Positions 60,850 to 64,000 of a DNA stretch of 64,000 bases are shown here, one piece after another. The notes under the pieces were generated by a model, which saw only the letters and a program-made list of their open reading frames with translations, was not told the DNA's origin and did no database searches. Where the stretch lies: contig LSRY02000003.1 of assembly GCA_001643675.2 (NCBI GenBank), positions 2,046,001 to 2,110,000 on the forward strand. The letters are read 5' to 3'. The position numbers were made by a program, and so were the translations under genes. Origin of the DNA: Monocercomonoides exilis PA203 (lineage: Eukaryota; Protista; Preaxostyla). Each line of letters opens with the position of its first letter. Position 1 is the first letter of the stretch.

Positions 60850-62127
60850 TTATGAATGGAAAAAGCCATATTAAAAGAGCTTTCGTGTTTGTTTATGTTT
60901 GAAGCCAAGTTATTGTTCATGATATAAAAATCACATTTGAAGTGTTTTCATTCAATTTTCATGCAAATCTATTTTGTTTTCTGTGATAGAAGCTCAAAAA
61001 TTCAATTGAATGATTGTTCGTTTCTCGTTTCAAATTATTTATTTTGTTTCATCACAATGATTCTATTTTCATTTTAGAAGATGGAATCAAAAAGACCATT
61101 TTTTTAAAAAAGCATGCTCATCAAACTCTTGATATTTGAAAACGAAAACAAACATCTTCATGTGAAATTTTAACAACAGTTTTAAAAGACTTTTTCTTTC
61201 TTATTGATTCCTACACCAAAAATTATTCAAGATCGAAAAACTTTAATTCAAAATCGAAAAAGTTTAATTCTACATCGAAAATGAAGTTAATAAGTTCAGA
61301 ATTTCAATTTAAGTCAAAACCAAAAAAATTCTATTGAAACAGATGTTAATTGCAACAAATGTTAATTTATTGGAAATGTTTTTCTTTCGTTTTTAACAAA
61401 TGTTTTCTGCGATATAGACTGATTTCAATCGATTCTTTTCTCATTTTGATTATTGAAAATGATATATTTTATCAGTTTCCAATGCAACAAATAAAGTTCA
61501 AAACATTTCGTTTTCAATTAATGAAATAAATTTTTGTATTATTTTGTGCACAAAACAAGATCATGAACTATTTTATCACTTTTATTTTTCGAAATGTGTT
61601 GATTTTTTCGAAAAGTTCCTTTTGTTTAATTTTCAAAGAATAAAAATTTCTTATTTCATTCAAATATCTGTTCCTGCTCACCTCATTTTCCTGTCAAGTG
61701 AATAAAATATTGACAATGTTTTTATTTCTATTTGAGTGAGGTTTCGTTCGTTGGAACATAAATTTGATTGAAAAATGAATTTTTACTTCTATTTGAAAAA
61801 TAAACAAAAGGAACTTTCCAAAAAAATTAAGACATATAATTACTTATTATATACTGAGCACATGTGAAAAATAATAAAAAATTCAATTTTTTTGTTCTCA
61901 CGCTATTGAACACAATCAAACACTAAAACAAAGATCATTAAATATTTTTCAAATTGAAATTGATAAATTTCTCAGATCAATAACTGAAAGATAAGAAACT
62001 GATATGATTCAGAATTTTTATATTTTTTTCAAATTTTTTGATAATAAAGAATTTTCGATGTTGAATTAAAGTTTTTCGATGTTGTTTAAAACTTTTTCGA
62101 TCTTGAATAATTTTTGGTGTATCAGTT

Positions 62128-62167
<40 letters not shown>

Positions 62168-64000
62168 TTTTTTGTAATTGAAATGATCTGCTGATCCTGG
62201 CATTTTTGTTTGATACGAAAAAAAAAAATCAATATTTTTGCTTTTTTCATCCAAAACAATATTTCCATCAATGGAAAATATTGTCCACTCACTTTCTTTT
62301 TCATCATTATTTCAGTAACTTTTTCGTTTGATATCGTATCCAAAGCTGTCACCTTTAAAAAATAAAACATATCGATCACAATTATTATTAAGGTGACTCT
62401 GAGTGAAAAAAATGTTTCAAAACAATATTTCTCATCAGAGTCAACATTTTCCATCTCATCTCTAATCTTTTTGCATTCTTTCTGTTCATCAATAAATTCT
62501 TTCTCTGATATATTTTTCTCAATGAAAGTTGAGCATGTGGGCTTTTCTTTAACATCTGCACTGAAGGAGCTTCAAAAAACTTTGCCAGACCCTAATACGA
62601 TAGTCCAGACAACGCACAACGTTTTTCAAATGCATTATGTTTTTGAAAATGAACCAAGACAAATCGAAATGCTTGTGGAATGGAACTGACAGCTGCATTT
62701 CATTTCAGTGGATGATTCTTTTTGAAATCATAACAGTGCTTTCTTTTAAAGGATTATCAGATGGTGTTTTTTCGTTGGCTTTTTTCACATTGTTGTGCTG
62801 TGTCTGATGTCTACCAACAATCCGTTTAGCAATAGTTTGAAAATCTGGAAAGACAACGAACTGGGATTACAATTTTGAATTTGAAAAGTGCAAATTAAAA
62901 ATCAAAAAAGTTGCAAAAGAATTCGAAAGTTTATAAAACATGAAAAATTCAAAAAAACACGAATTCGGCTTTATTTCAAAAAAATATTATGAGGTCATTA
63001 TTGTAAGATTGTGTTATTCTTTTTGAACAGTAATAAATGTTAAATTATCGTGCTGTTTGAAATTTGGTTTTTTTTCATGAATTCTTGCAATTTGTCTGTC
63101 AAATATAACTCTCAAACAAATTGGAACAATAAAAAAAATCCGACATCCTATAATTATCTTTCTGGTCAAATTCAACCGATTGGGAGTTGGAACACATTAG
63201 AAAACATTTCTCATTTCAATAAATTTGAATATTTAACACACGCGACTTTTCAAAAAGAATAACGCCTATTGGGGATTAAAATTGTAATCAAAACTTTAAA
63301 CGAAGTGAAGATTATTAAGAAAATTCATTGCCAAAGTGAATCAATGAATCATCGAAATGTGAAAACCTTTCCATAAGAGTCAAAAGCTCATATTTGATGG
63401 AAAAGAAAGACAGTGATGGTTTTAAGAGGTTTTGTCACTTTTCAACGTTCATTTATCTATATTCAAAGTGAATTGTCAAACAGAAATTATTGAAAAGAAA
63501 TTTATTCCATTTCAAAAAAGATCAATTGAATTTTGCAACAGAAAACTTTCTATTTGTGGAAGGAAATACTTGTGTTTTGTGCTTCAATAACTCGTTGAAC
63601 AAGTCTCATTAGAACACAAAGTTTTGCAATATTTTCAAAAGGATTATTTATTGTAATGAAATCCAATTATTTTGATATTTGAAAAAAGAGTATTTTTTCC
63701 AAAAACATAAGAAAAACAAATTTAATCATTAAATGATGTTTTTCGGATTTTCACAAAAGAAACAACAAATATTTTCAATTTGAAAAAACTGTGAACTTTT
63801 TTTATTTTTCATTCTGTTCATGAAATTGAATGAAAAGCATTTTCCATAATGTCATTCAAAAGAATGCCACACCATTTTTAAATTTGAAATCAGTGTGAAG
63901 ATTCCTGAAATTTGAAAAACCTTCAAAAAATTGATTTATTTTGAAATTCGATCAAAAAAACAATGTTTTTTTTTGGGATGATTAGCAGTAGGTTCAATTA

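Noticed and set aside
60900-64000. Short ORFs in the AT-rich tracts 46600-49480 and 60900-64000
   Set aside because: They are F/K/I/N-rich translations of non-coding DNA with no recognisable motif. No tRNA or rRNA was recognised.

Overview
Eukaryotic, AT-rich protist DNA in the standard genetic code, with short GT-AG introns and proteins full of poly-Ser/Glu/Gly inserts. The style suggests an oxymonad such as Monocercomonoides (inference, not verified). (1) Positions 1-24584 are one giant inverted duplication. The arms are 1-12096 and 12473-24584 with a 376-bp spacer, and the left arm probably continues beyond the window. It duplicates the 3' half of an IQCH-like gene and three copies of a Cys/Asn-rich GGA-repeat (right-handed beta-helix, Pmp-like) gene family. 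(2) A conventional gene block follows: IQCH-like (-), a type-I membrane S41/CPAF-like protease homologue with degenerate catalytic motifs (+), a 4870-aa DNAH6-like axonemal dynein heavy chain (-) and a hypothetical protein (+). (3) Positions 49.5-60.9 kb hold four more beta-helix copies. Seven distinct beta-helix copies (A-G) are present. Only D has an ATG plus signal peptide. Most others are 5'-truncated at the end of a ~430-nt G-free tract next to a CCATCGATGG palindrome. The copies are patchwork mosaics of each other, including a 297-nt perfect tract shared by otherwise divergent copies, and their variation sits at repeat-periodic positions. The best candidate for a novel system is cassette/gene-conversion-driven diversification of a surface beta-solenoid protein.
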